From the NCBI GenBank assembly GCA_964270895.1, contig OZ185438.1: a DNA stretch of 64,000 nt, one strand, 5' to 3'. The notes under the pieces were generated by a model. The model did no database searches and was not told where the DNA came from. It worked only from the letters and a program-made list of their open reading frames with translations. Shown here piece by piece: positions 22,656 to 35,109 of this stretch. Both the position numbers and the translations under genes were made by a program. This DNA comes from Podarcis filfolensis (lineage: Eukaryota). Every line of letters begins with the position of its first letter. Position 1 is the stretch's first letter.

Positions 22656-23359
22656 AGATCCTAAAGGAGCTGGATGATTATTACGAAAAATTCAAACGGG
22701 AGACCGATGCAGTACAAAAGAGGAGGCTTTTGCACTTAATACAGAGAGCCCTGATCCGGAGTCAAGAACTGGGAGACGAGAAGATCCAGATTGTCAGCCA
22801 AATGGTAGAACTTGTTGAGAACAGAACCAGGCAAGTTGACAGCCACGTAGAACTGTTTGAGACCTGCCAAGAGACCAATGACACGACTGGGAACAGTGGC
22901 AAAACTAACCAAGATAAGTCAAAGAACGAGACAATCACTCAGGCCGAGAAGCCCAACAACAAACGGTCCCGGCGGCAAAGAAATAACGAGAACCGAGAGA
23001 ACGCTTCTAATAATCACGACCACGACGATATCACCTCAGGAACTCCTAAGGAGAAGAAAGCGAAAAAGTCCAATAAAAAGAAGCGGTCCAAGGCCAAAGC
23101 AGAGAGGGAGGCTTCTCCAGCCGACCTCCCCATTGATCCGAATGAGCCAACCTATTGTCTGTGTAATCAGGTCTCCTATGGAGAAATGATAGGCTGTGAT
23201 AATGATGAGTGCCCAATAGAATGGTTTCACTTTTCGTGTGTGGGACTCAATCATAAACCAAAGGGCAAGTGGTACTGTCCCAAATGCAGAGGAGAAAATG
23301 AGAAAACTATGGACAAAGCGCTGGAGAAATCTAAAAAAGAAAGAGCCTACAACAGGTAG
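22656..23359 (+). CDS. ING1: ING1 coding exon 2 (ING domain remainder, NLS region, PHD finger, polybasic tail)
   Basis: Acceptor CTTCACAG at 22655. C4HC3 PHD finger [45 protein letters not shown]. 136+704 nt = 840 nt = 279 aa plus TAG. Confidence 0.97.
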
Positions 23360-24525
23360 TTTCTAAATGAGAGGATAATAAAGCAGTGAAAACAAATATT
23401 TATTCTCTTTGTCTCACCTTTTGTGGAGGTGCCAGGATTGTAAAATGTATATTTTTTAAGGAGGTTACAAATCAAAGCATTCTTGTAATAGGGATGGCGA
23501 CTGAGGAAATGTTTGTTTTTTCCTTTGATACAGCTGTCAACAAGAAAACGGTTCTTTGGGCCCAAACGTACAGTTAGATGATAAAGAGTTGGCACGTAAA
23601 GTCTGGGTTCATCTTTATTAAAAACATACTTCCACAAGTTGGTAAAACTGCCCATGAAAATGTAGATAGTAAACATTTATTGGATAGCATTCCCTTTTTT
23701 TTTTTCTTTAAATGGGAATGCCGTTGCTCTTTCCAGAAAATTGTTCTATAGTCTGTTAAATAAACTAGCAGTGCATTGCAAACTTGTCCTAAACACATCA
23801 ATCAAATCCATTATAAGAGTGTAGTATATTTATGCCCATTGATTTCACTGGGCTTAAGTGCACTTAACTCTTGAGTTGGATTATGGCTGTTTACTTGGAA
23901 ATAAGTTCCGATTTTTTTCAGTCCTAGCTACTTCTACTAAAGTGGTTTAGGATTGCAGCCTTACACCCAATTTTAAACAACTTGCTGGGAATTGAGGATC
24001 ATTTCTTTCAATGGGACTTGCTTCTAAGGGATGTGTTTAGGATCAGGGTGCTCGTTTCTTCTGGTGACGATCAATGCAATAGCAAAGAAGAAGTTACAGC
24101 ATGGGTCCTGTTACATGTCAGACTCTAGCAGCTCAATAACAAATGTTTAACTTACAAGTTACAAGCTTATTTTTTAAAAAAATGTGCAAAAGGTTAAATT
24201 TTACACAACATATTTTATATACTGGCCAAATACCACAAGGGCCTTTTTAAAATGATTTAGTATATTTTGTATTTAACCAGGAAGTGGTTTAGTAATGAAA
24301 CTTAACATAAATCAAAGCTTTATACTGTCACAGATAATAGTGTAGCAGTCTTTACTTTGTATAAGTTGTAAAAAATGTACATTTTTCAAGTGGAGTTGCA
24401 CTTAACTGTATTATAATTGGAAATGCATCCACATGACATGGTGTAGCCAATATGCATTTCTCTCTGTATGTATGAAAATTGTACAGCTGTGATATTAAGG
24501 AATAAATTAAACAAGTTGGATAGGC
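23360..24525 (+). terminator. ING1 3' UTR with polyadenylation signal AATAAA at 24501-24506
   Basis: AT-rich UTR, canonical AATAAA, then a U/GU-rich tract at about 24535-24575. The cleavage site is estimated. Confidence 0.7.
23800..24055. mobile_element. Three degenerate short palindromic MITEs (PIF/Harbinger Chompy-like) in the ING1 3' UTR
   Basis: Hairpin-like units resembling the copies at about 14065-14142 and 60390-60480. The family name is inferred from memory of reptile repeats. Confidence 0.5.
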
Positions 24526-26705
24526 TTGTTCACTTGCTTTCCGTTTTCCTCCCCATTTCTTGTGTTGTGTCTGCTCAATTGTGAGCCTCCAGGGGAGGGA
24601 CTGTCTTATCTTTTTATTTACAGACAGGGCTTAGAACAGCCTTGTACGCAAGAATAGTTATTATCATGAACATTTTTTAACAAGTCTGCTAAGAGGCTTG
24701 GGGAGGGGGCAATGCCTTCTACCAAGCAGGCTGGCAGAGGAGGGATGGATCACTTTCGCCAGCACATTAGCTTTCTGTGCTGGTTGCAAAAGATGGGGTT
24801 TGCCTTTCTTTTGCAGCCAACACAGAAACACAAAGTTAGCTGGCAAGAGGAAGAACAGAGCAATCAGTCCCCACCTCTTGGTTAGTCCACTATATTTCCA
24901 TGGCGGCTGGAAAAGACAGAAGTTCGCATCATCCATGACCAGCGTGGAAACCAAAACAAGCTATCACAGAAAGAAGATCACTAGCCTGGATGGAATTCAA
25001 TATAAAACTGACCTAGGAAATTACCGGTAATTCCAGGTACGTGATACGCAGGTTCGTAAAGATCCAAAGCAACATTCGTGCAAAAGGTGAGAGAGCTGGC
25101 ATTGCACAAGCTAATCTTGTTGCACAAGTGATAGCGGTGTGACGATGCAAAAATGTTGTATATTAACATAGCACAATGCTTCTACCAGCCCAAGCAGCCT
25201 GTTGGATTTGACTGTTGCACCACATTAAGGACAGGGCTCCCACTAGTGGCGTGACCGTTGTGCTAGTGGTTGCCACAATTTTATCCCTTTCGGAGTCAAT
25301 ATATATTTCTACTCCAACGCTTTTCATTGTAGGAGTTGTGCACACACTCTGCTGCTGCTACTGCTGCATTTCTCTTTCCCAGGTGCCTAACAACTACCAT
25401 TTTGATTACCCATTCACAGCTCCTTTATCCATCTCTTCTCAATCCCTCCTGGCCCAATTGTATTGGCCAGAATGCAGTCCGTCCTTTTCCTCATCCAAAA
25501 CAACCTGTAATTGCCAAAAAGTGCAGTATTACTGCCACCACTATGTCAAGGCTCTATTACAGCCAGTGTGTGGAACTGAGGAAGATCAGTTTCTTTGTTT
25601 ATTCTATGTATATTTAAAATTCGTTAAAAATATGCCTCTGTACCATTTATGGCTTCTTTTAATTCTGTTACAAGAGTCACGGGTTAAGGCGCCACTCACT
25701 GTAGCTTCAATCTGCAGCCAGTAGCTCAGTTTCGTATCTGCTGAAGTTAAACACTAATTTCAGTAATGCCTGTTTTGAGGCTTTGGGAGTAGAAACTGAT
25801 ACAAGATTTGTGCCTTCTAGATATGTGTTACTTGATGGAGCTTGGAGTGATTTTCACCAGGGTTATCGTGTACCGTGTCCACAAAGTCTTATCTCACAAT
25901 GCTGTTTGGGTGTATAGAGTGCTAAAATAACATTACTGCTATGCAAATATCATCTAGGAAATTAAACTGATGCATGAACTTCATAGTTACTTCACGCTGG
26001 TTTATATGCCAAGGGTTGCTCCCCAAAAATATGGCTGAGCTGAGCTGATACTTTTACATGACACTTCATACCTCTGGGAAATTAACAGACTGGAAAGGAT
26101 CTGAGGGTCTGCTCATATATTTCCCACTTGAAACCTCAGAAGAGGTCCCTGTTGAGTTGAAAGATCTAGTAGCAGCATAACAACAGCTGTGAAAAAGACA
26201 CTTAAAATAGAAGTCTGTGGGATCTCCCAATAAAAAATTAAAATATATGCAGCTATCTTTCCTACTTTACATTGGGGAAGATAATACTGTTCTGATTTAA
26301 GCAACTCTCCTTGCCTAGAGATTGCTGTATATCTTCTCATCCACTTTCCCTAGTAGTTGTTTTTTTGCGGAACAAATGCAATAACCCCCCCCCCCAGCAG
26401 ACAACATCAACTCAGTTGGGTTAACTTAACCTAGCAGCAGCCCCTGCCCCAAAGAGAACACAATGCAACCAATCAGTTGCTACCAGCCATGCCCTGGGCC
26501 CCCTCTGATCTCTTGCTCTGCCAACAAAATCAAGATACCTACCCACACGATGCTGACGCAAAAGCTCGGCTCATATATTACCAAAAAAAGAGAAAGTTTA
26601 TTGTTGCTCCCCCCCCCCCATGCCTCTTTCCTCCCCTGTCTCTCCACTTCTCTCGACAAGTTACCTGCTAAAGCACAATGATCACTAGAGGAAACTAAAG
26701 CCATA

Positions 26706-26931
26706 CAGTGGTACCTCGGGTTAAGTACTTAATTCGTTCCGGAGGTCTGTACTTAACCTGAAACTGTTCTTAACCTGAAGCACCACTTTACCTAATGGGG
26801 CCTCCTGCTGCTGCAGCCCCACCGGAGCACGATTTCTGTTCTCAACCTGAAGCAAAGTTCTTAACCTGAAGCACTATTTCTGGGTTAGCGGAGTCTGTAA
26901 CCTGAAGCGTATGTAACCTGAGGTACCATTG
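26706..26931. mobile_element. Tc1/mariner MITE, family A
   Basis: TA|CAGTGGTACCTCGGGTT...AACCTGAGGTACCATTG|TA. Confidence 0.85.
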
Positions 26932-27994
26932 TACTAGGCTTGTTCCAAATACTGGGACATGGGCATGCTACTACTGAACAGATACACCTATGGCATTAAA
27001 TGGCAATATTTCCTTAAAAATATAAAAAATAAAGGAAAAGATAAAGTTGCCCACATTTCAAAATGATTTTGCAGTCACCTGGGCCACAGTCTTGTCCTTG
27101 GTGATCAACCTTTATAACGCTTGGAAGAATTCAATCTCTAGGCAGACTGCATGGCTCCATCAACAAAATCAGACAATCTGACTTGCAATCTGACTTCCAT
27201 TGGGTAGCTTAGAAATTTGGTTCAAAGTTAATTTTAAAACTGTCATGCCTTTCTTTGAGAGTGTTAGGCATAGGCGCTTAGCAATTTATCAAACACTGTC
27301 ATGCTTGAAGTTTTATTTCTCTTCTTAAGAGACGCCAAGTAATTGCCCACTGAAATGGCAAGGCAGCAGAAAACATAAATGATAAAAGGCAAACAACTTA
27401 AAACTGCAGGAAAATGTTAAGGGGATATGAAAACTGTTGGTGATTAAACTGTTGGTGATGTGATATTATGGAAGGCACTTGAATTAGTAAATTGTTAGTA
27501 AACTGCTTGGGGCTGAACCTGCAATTGGCCCCACATTAATTCCCTAGAGTTTCCCCTCCCTACCCTATTTCATTACTAAACTCAATTTTCACTTTCCCAA
27601 ACCAATTTCTAAAGCCACTTCAATTCTGCAGCAATACTGTGCACCCATTTTCACCCCATGCTGATATATGCTGCTGCATCTTTAAGAAGAAGAAAATCTT
27701 AAGAGTAAGCCTTTCAGTTAAGTTCAGCAGACAGGTGTTCGCTAAGCATCTCCTCCCCCCAAAATGTAAGCTTTGGGGGATTTTTAAAAAGCATTTTTGA
27801 AAAAAATGCCCTACATACCATACATCCGGGTCTTCCCGGACATTTTTGCCAATTTGGCAAAAAATCTGCCCAGATGTCGTTTTTAACACAATTTCCAGGA
27901 AAACCCAGATGTTTGGCAGCCCTAAATTATTACATTGAATAGGCAGCTTCATGTTGAAGACAGCATGTGGTACTAGGAGTGAAATACAATGTGT

Positions 27995-28372
27995 GATAGG
28001 GTATGGAACATGGCTTTGAGACAGAAATATCAAAGTTGGAAAAAGATTTACTTCAAAATAAAAATAAAATACTCTCCAAAATGTACAGATTACTGCTGGA
28101 CCGGGAGGTTAAGGATGAAGAGGTCAAAGAAGTGATGATCAAATGGTCAAAGAACTTTGGTTATTCCATCCAGATGGATGATTGGGGAAAATTATGGCAA
28201 AAAAACCCTTAAAATTCACGGCTTGCTACACAATAAAGGATTTTTTTAAATGAAAATGCTATATTTATGGTACATGACCCCCAGCAAATTGGCCAAAATA
28301 TATAAAACAAACTCAAATGCATGCTGGAGGTGTAAGCAAACGGAAGGAACAATGTACCATATGTGGTGGGGT
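27995..28372 (+). mobile_element. L1-clade LINE ORF2 internal fragment, frameshifted
   Basis: Translation ...WGKLWQKN / WYMTPSKLAKIY...CWRCKQTEGTMYHMWW shows the C-terminal CCHC-like region of L1/Tx1 ORF2. No TSD found. Confidence 0.75.
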
Positions 28373-28804
28373 TGGAAAACCAAACACTATTTTTTCAACA
28401 CAGCTTCGAAATTTAAGTTGTGCCCTCACTTCTTTGTGTTGACTTGCAACCGTTGTGACTTTGTTGCTGCGTTTATCTTCCATGCAAATTCTTTTGAGGC
28501 CAAGTGCGTTGCTTTTTCTTCATTTTCCTCTGACATCTATAATTTCAGTTATGATCAAGTATGATAATTATTATTATTATTGTAATTTACTTTTGTTGGC
28601 AGTGTGCAAGAAAAAAATCAGGTTGGTCACTGCACAAGAAGTGCTATTTCTTGTGCCAAATGAGGCATCAAATATATTTTAATATCCACATGTTTCTCAA
28701 CGTGTTAGCCTTAAATCAAGCATGCAGTTGCTCAAATTGTTGAAATACACCTTGAATAAAAATTGTACTGTCGTTAAAAAAAAATTGGGCTAGGGTCTCT
28801 ATAG

Positions 28805-29127
28805 CATGGGTAGACAAACTAAGGCCCGGGGGCCGGATCTGGCCCAATCGCCTTCTCAATCTGGCCAGCAGACAGTCCGGGAATCAGCATGTTTTTATAT
28901 GAGTAGAATGTGTCCTTTTATTTAAAATGCATCTCTGGGTTGTTTGTGGGGCCTGCCTGGTGTTTATGCATGAGTAGAATGTGTGCTTTTATTTAAAATG
29001 CATCTCTGCGTTATTTGTGGGGCATAGGAATTCATTCATTTTTTCCCCTTCAAAATATAGTCCGGCCCCCCACAAGGTCTGAGGGGCAGTGGACCGGCCC
29101 CCTGATGAAAAAGTTTGCTGACCCCTG
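28805..29127. mobile_element. hAT non-autonomous element
   Basis: Perfect 8-bp TSD CTCTATAG; termini related to 21209 and 63908. Confidence 0.88.
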
Positions 29128-29382
29128 CTCTATAGTAATGCATTTCTTCCAGAGGGACTATATTAGTGCAATATGAGCTCCCCACCCCACTGTACTGAGA
29201 GGTAGGATTGAAGATTTAATTAAGCAGATATTTTCCAAAATACTATTTACTGACTCATGTCCAATTTCATGGCATTTAGTAAATGTGCTTACATTAAAAT
29301 TTAAATGATTTCCCCCAAATTGTTTGTTTTGAAAAACATCTACAGTATTTTTAACCACATTTCTTTCTGGTTTTATGATATA

Positions 29383-29599
29383 CAGTGGTACCTCGGGTTA
29401 CAGATGCTTCAGGTTACAGACCCAGAAACAGTACCTCGGGTTAAGAACAGACCTTCAGGATGAGAACAGAAATCGTGTGGCACTGGCGCGGCGGCAGCGG
29501 AAAGCCCCATTAGCTAAAGTGGTGCCTCAGGTTAAGAACAGTTTCAGGTTAAGAACAGACCTCCAGCACGAATTAAGTTCTTAACCCGAGGTACCATTG
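29383..29599. mobile_element. Tc1/mariner MITE, family A
   Basis: TA|CAGTGGTACCTCGGGTT...AACCCGAGGTACCATTG. Confidence 0.82.
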
Positions 29600-29625
29600 T
29601 CACACTTACCTGGGAGTAACCTGCA

Positions 29626-30026
29626 ATGAAGAAGGCTGATCGCCGAAGAATTGATGCTTTTGAATTATGGTGCTGGAGGAGACTCTTGAGAGTCCCATGG
29701 ACTGCAAGAAGATCAAACCTATCCATTCTTAAGGAAATCAGCCCTGAGTGCTCACTGGAAGGACAGATCCTGAAGCTGAGACTCCAATACTTTGGCCACC
29801 TCATGAGAAGAGAAGACTCCCTGGAAAAGCCCCTGATGTTGGGAAAGATGGAGGGCACAAGGAGAAGGGGACGACAGAGGACGAGATGGTTGGATAGTGT
29901 TCTCAAAGCTACCAGCATGAGTTTGACCAAACTGCGGGAGGCAGTGGAAGACAGGAGTGCCTGGCGTGCTCTGGTCCATGGGGTCACGAAGAGTCGGACA
30001 CGACTAAACGACTAAACAACAACAAC
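29626..30026 (+). mobile_element. BovB (RTE) LINE, 5'-truncated 3' end
   Basis: Uninterrupted RIDAFELWCWRRLLRVPWTARRSN...WRALVHGVTKSRTRLND*, a (CAA)n tail and an 8-bp TSD AACCTGCA. Confidence 0.93.
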
Positions 30027-30197
30027 AACCTGCATTGAACTCAGCGCGTAGACAAGCAGAGGATTCTGACTGCAGTAAGTCTTTTTTTTCTACTTCCTGG
30101 CTGGAGGGACATTATTTTTTGCTCTTGGGTGTCCTAGCAACACCACCTACCCTTGCCATGCTTTGTGGGGCTTCCTCGGGCTCCCAAAGACACCCCC

Positions 30198-30564
30198 TGT
30201 TATGTACTGAGTTGAATAGGATCCAATCAGCAGTCTGATTGGTCCTAGAACAATAGGATCCAAAAGGCAGCAGTCTGATTGGTCCTAGAACAATAGGATT
30301 CAGAATGCAGCAGTCTGATTGGTCCTAGAACAATGCAGCAGTATGATTGGTTGGCAGGAACCACCCAATCATGCTCCAGATAGAAGTGAATCCACAACCT
30401 GATTGGCTTACAGTAGAATTCCGGAATTAGCCAATCATGTGCAGCCCATTGTGTAAATAATGTATATAAAGCAGATACTTTGAGGGAACTTTGATTCATT
30501 CCTCCTCACCACTATGAGCTGAATAAAGAGCATGAAATCACCTTGCGACTCTGAGTATATTTCA
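30198..30564 (+). mobile_element. Solo LTR (Gypsy or ERV type)
   Basis: TG...CA termini, CCCCC flanks as TSD, tandem 40-bp CCAAT-containing repeats, TATATAAA at 30463 and AATAAA at 30522. Confidence 0.8.
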
Positions 30565-30859
30565 CCCCCCAACCCAAAAAAGGGGCTGGTGTGTGGAAGG
30601 GGCCAGTGGCACATTTAGCAAATGTCAAGAAGTGTGTCTCCATTTCCACCATTTGATGGTAGACAATGACCTGCGCTCCGGCAAAGGCAAGCTCTCCACA
30701 TGTCCCTATTTTACAGGGACAGTACTGGATTTATACAAGCCGTCCTGGTTTCTGATTGATCCCAGAATGTCCCGCTTTTCCTTAGGACATCCCTATTTTC
30801 ATCAGAGAAACGTTGGAAGGTATGGAGTTATGTGATCCCCACCCCCGAGCCAAGGCGAG

Positions 30860-30995
30860 ATCTAAACAACTTTTGGAAGACATCTGGAGAGAGCCATCTA
30901 TGGTGATGTTTCTTTAATGTTTTGTTCTTTTTTTATATATGTTGGAAGCTGCCCTGAATGGGTGGGACAACCCAGTCAGATGGATAGGGTATAAA

Positions 30996-31036
<41 letters not shown>
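30860..31036 (+). mobile_element. Older L2 3' end with (TTA)n tail
   Basis: Diverged reverse complement of the L2 tail seen at 1620-1670. Confidence 0.6.
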
Positions 31037-31038
<2 letters not shown>

Positions 31039-31379
31039 CATGGAAATGTTGGAGGGCATGCAAAGGGTTGCCTCGTTGATGCTGACATTTCCAAGTAAAC
31101 CATAATATTTTCATAAGTTCATTTCCTATTATACAATAATTTCCCCCCTCGCAGAACCTAAACGTGTCTTCCAAACACAAGGGAATGGAGAACCTCCAGA
31201 ATTTTCTAGTTGTCCTTTGGACTCTTCCTAGGTCCCATTCTTGCCCAGACCGAGATCCTTCCCTGACCTTGCTGCGTGCACTTCTCAAATGCTTTCGTCT
31301 GGCAGGAATGTGTCCTTGGACGATCATATTTCATCAGCTGGAGAAAGGAGCATGTAGAAACCTAGGTTAACAGTCACAC

Positions 31380-31575
31380 AGGAACATAGGAAGCTGCCTT
31401 ATACCAAGCAAGACAGCTGGTCCACCTATTTCAGTATTGTTTACACTGACTGGCAGCAGCACTCCAGGGTTTCAGGCTGTCTCTCCCAACCCTCCCTCGA
31501 GATGCCAGGTTTTGAACTTGGGACCTCCTCTGCTTGGAAAACAGATGCTCCACCACTGAGCTGCACCACTTCCCC
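31380..31575 (-). mobile_element. tRNA-derived SINE, Squam2 type
   Basis: On the minus strand: A box GCAGCTCAGTGG, B box AGTTCAAAACC and tail ATAAGGCAGCTTCCTATGTTCCT. Confidence 0.7.
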
Positions 31576-31782
31576 ACTTTTGCATCTTGCTCCACCTACC
31601 CACTGGTAAGCAGCCCACCCCCCAAAAGCTTGTCCATGAGGGAATGAGGTCTGGAAATGCCGCACACACACTGTGATTTTGACCCTGAGTCAGTTTTTAC
31701 AACAGATAAAGAGTGGAACGGACCATCTCCTGGCAAGGGGCAGATGGTCAGGAGCATCTTCATGGAAAACTTAGAAGAACAC

Positions 31783-32679
31783 ATGGTATACCACATGTGG
31801 TGGACTTGCCCAAAGATTAAACCCTTTTGAGAAATGATCCACAACGAAATAAAAAAATTGATAAGGACATCACACACAAAAAAGGCAGAGACATATCTAC
31901 TAGGAATTCTAGATAAAGATATCCCAAAAGATAAAACTAACTTATTTCTATATGTGACAACAGCAGCAAGAATTTTGATTGCTAGCTATTGGAAAGAAGA
32001 CAGCATCCCAACAAAAAGTGAATGGTTGGGGAAACTTTGCAAGTACCTGGAACTAGCAAAACTGACAGATATAATAAGGAGAAAATCCAAAACTATGGTT
32101 ATGAAGCAATGGGAGTTCTTAAATTATTATTTACAAAACCAGGGCCCGACTACAAAAATCTGGTTGTGTTTAGAATAATCTTGTGCGTAATATAAAAAAT
32201 ACAAAGTGAGACATTAAGGAAATCCAAAGGGAAAATATGAAGAACAGAGGATCTGACAAACGGATTATTAAAAACGCGTGAGGCAAACGGTGGAAGTCTT
32301 TAAAAAACAACAACACTTTTTAAGGTAGATAAGGACAAGATGAAATTATACAATTGAATATAAATATAGATGGAAACAGTTATGTATAGTGAATACTTAT
32401 TTACTTTTAAAAATGTTCACCTATGATGCTTTTCTTTTACTTATTTATTTTTTCTTTGTTCTTTTTTTCTTTTTTCTGATATCTTATCTTTTATTTCCCT
32501 CCTTTATTGTGAATAGCATTTTATAGAGGTATAAATAACTGTAAATATGAAAAGAGACAAAGTATTCTCTAATTTTTTTCCTTGGTTATATGTATTTTCT
32601 TTTTCTTTTGTAGTTTCTTTTGTTGTAAATATGTATGTTTTCTAATTTGTACTTAATAAAAATTTAATTAAAAAAAAGA
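31783..32679 (+). mobile_element. L1-clade LINE, 5'-truncated, with 3' UTR and poly(A)
   Basis: WYHMWWTCPK...LFLYVTTAARILIASYWK ORF2 end, AATAAA plus A tail and a 19-bp TSD GGAAAACTTAGAAGAACAC. Confidence 0.9.
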
Positions 32680-32718
32680 GGAAAACTTAGAAGAACACAA
32701 CAAACAGGAAAGCTAGTA

Positions 32719-32936
32719 CAGGGGTACCTCGGGGTAAGTACTTAATTCGTTCCGGAGGTCCGTTCTTAACCTGAAACTGTTCTTAACCTGAGGTACCACT
32801 TTAGCTAATGGGGCCTCCTGCCGCTGCTGCTACACGATTTCTGTTCTCGTCCTGAAGCAAAGTTCTTAACCCGAGGTACTATTTCTGGGTTAGCGGAGTC
32901 TGTAACCTGAAGCGTATGTAACCAGAGGTACCACTG
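32719..32936. mobile_element. Tc1/mariner MITE, family A
   Basis: TA|CAGGGGTACCTC...GAGGTACCACTG|TA. Confidence 0.85.
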
Positions 32937-33238
32937 TAAATGCATTTATTGTCTCTCTTGAATGAGGAAAGCACCTAACTCCACCTATATACAAAAAAGT
33001 CCAGCACCACCTAGTGATTGAAATTATATTATATTAGCCACAAAAGCTCATTGTATTAGCCTGTATGCCGGTGCATAGGGACCACCTAAGGGGCCGCTTT
33101 GAGCAAACTTAGGTACCATTCAAGAGCAGCAAATTGCAGGTTATTTATTTTAGTTACCAAACCTGGCTGACCCACCCTTTAGTTCCAAACTGAGCAAAGT
33201 CTCCAGGGACTGGGGAGGCGCTAAGGGATGCCCACCAA

Positions 33239-33418
33239 CAGTGGTGTAGCGTGGGTTGTCAGCACCCGGGGCAAGGCAAGTAATTTGCGCCCCCTAACCT
33301 GTGGATTTGCGCCCCCTAACCCGTGGATTTGCGCCCCCTAACCCATGGATTTGCCCTAACCCCAGATGTTGCGCCCGGTGCGGCCCGCCCCCCCTGCACC
33401 CCCCACGCTACGCCACTG
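33239..33418. mobile_element. hAT MITE with CCCTAA-containing repeats (inverted sister of 20988)
   Basis: Perfect 8-bp TSD CCCACCAA and the same TIRs. Confidence 0.88.
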
Positions 33419-34867
33419 CCCACCAAGCCAAAAGTTCTGTTCAGTATATGAGGACAGTGTCAGGAACAGAACCAGAGTGGGCCTTGAACCTCAGACTTGA
33501 AAGGCAGCTGGCATGGATTCACCTTATGCACCATTTCTGAGCTTTAACTGAAAAAGTAGGCACTGCAAGGGCAGAGGGAGCCAAGGAAATATCCCTGGTT
33601 CCCCTTCCAAATTCATTGGTATACAGATGCTTCAAAAGCTCAGCTCTAGGAAACAGACCCCGTGCTCTCACAGCTTTTGCTCTCACAAAAGTCAATTTCA
33701 AAACATTTCCTTCAACAAATTTCTCTTCTTTTCTGTTACGGTTCCCGCCAGGTTGCAAATATATTTATTGGAAGTGCAGACATCCCTCTCCTTTTTAATT
33801 AAAGCTCTCTTTCATACAGTGTGTTTTGTTTATAAAGTGTGTGATTCCCTTCTAACTTTTGCTCTGAGAAGCATATCTCATTAGGTAATTGGCATCGTGG
33901 ATCTTCTTTCATCTAGCATCCAAGCAGGTTTTGTTTCCATCACCTCACTTTGACGAAAGGTTTTGTTCAGTTATCATTCAATCTATTTCTGAAACCCAGG
34001 CTGTGAGTGACGTTGCTTGTATAGCCAAAACAGCACCACTTACACGTGTTTGAACTCACATGCATGTCCAGCACTCACGTGTCGTAATATACACACTAAT
34101 GTTTAGATTCTTTTGCTAGAGTGTCCATTATGAATATGTGTTTTACCCTTAACCTTATGCCCACAAGAAGTCCCCACACAAAAAGAATAAAGAAAGCTTG
34201 GTTTATTATACAAAATGAAAACAGAGAAATATATAAATGCTGTTTCAGACAGCAAAATTACAATTTAAGCAGGCAGCAAAACCTATAACACATACACACC
34301 TAAAGAGTGAAAGAATCCCTATCTGTTCTCAAAAGCCTATAGAAGTGTGACAATTTTGTCGAACAATTTTGCCCCAGAACAAGTTGGACAGACAAACATA
34401 GTTTCTCTTATTTTGCACAGTTTGTTCTGCAATTTTTATTATTTTGTCAGATTTGTTCCCGATTTGTTAGTGATTTGTTAGTGATTTCCAGATTTGTTAG
34501 TGATGGGGAGAGGTAATGAGTGATGCAGTGTACTGAAGCTCTGTTCTCCCACCCCTCTGCAAAACTTTCCCCACACTCTCCAGTACATTTCCTCAGCACT
34601 TTTCTTATTGCAACAAGTCCCGTCTTTTGGAGAAGCACGTTTGTATTCACAATTGTTTTCACTAGCAATTGCACTATAACTGTGCAACCCGAAATGGCTA
34701 GGATATGACTGAATTCCACACCAAAATCACAACAGTCTGGAAGCTCCTACATAGTTTGTAGTACATTGGTACAGGGATCGACAAATCCAGGAAGACTTCC
34801 TGGAGGCACTGCACCAGGGTATCCTGCTGGGAAATTCTCCTTGCCTCTCTTGACACCGCTTTACCAT

Positions 34868-35109
34868 AGAAGAAGAAGAAGAGTTTGGATTTGATATCCC
34901 GCTTTATCACTACTTGAAGGAGTCTCAAAGCAGCTAACAATCCCCTTTTCCCACAACAAACACTCTGTGAGGTGAGTGGGGCTGAGAGACTTCAGAGAAG
35001 TGTGACTAGCCCAAGGTCACCCAACAGCTGCATGTGGAGGAGCGGGGAATCGAACCCGGTTCACCAGATTACAAGACTACCGCTCTTAACCACAACACCA
35101 CACTGGCTC
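34868..35109 (-). mobile_element. Squam3-type SINE
   Basis: Homologous to 8002-8268; short TSD CATAGA. Confidence 0.85.

Noticed and set aside
29544-29987. 147-aa antisense ORF over BovB
   Set aside because: Shadow frame of the BovB fragment.
30224-30345. Regular 40-bp direct repeats resembling a CRISPR array
   Set aside because: Eukaryotic DNA, no unique spacers and no cas genes; the repeats are U3 enhancer repeats of a solo LTR.
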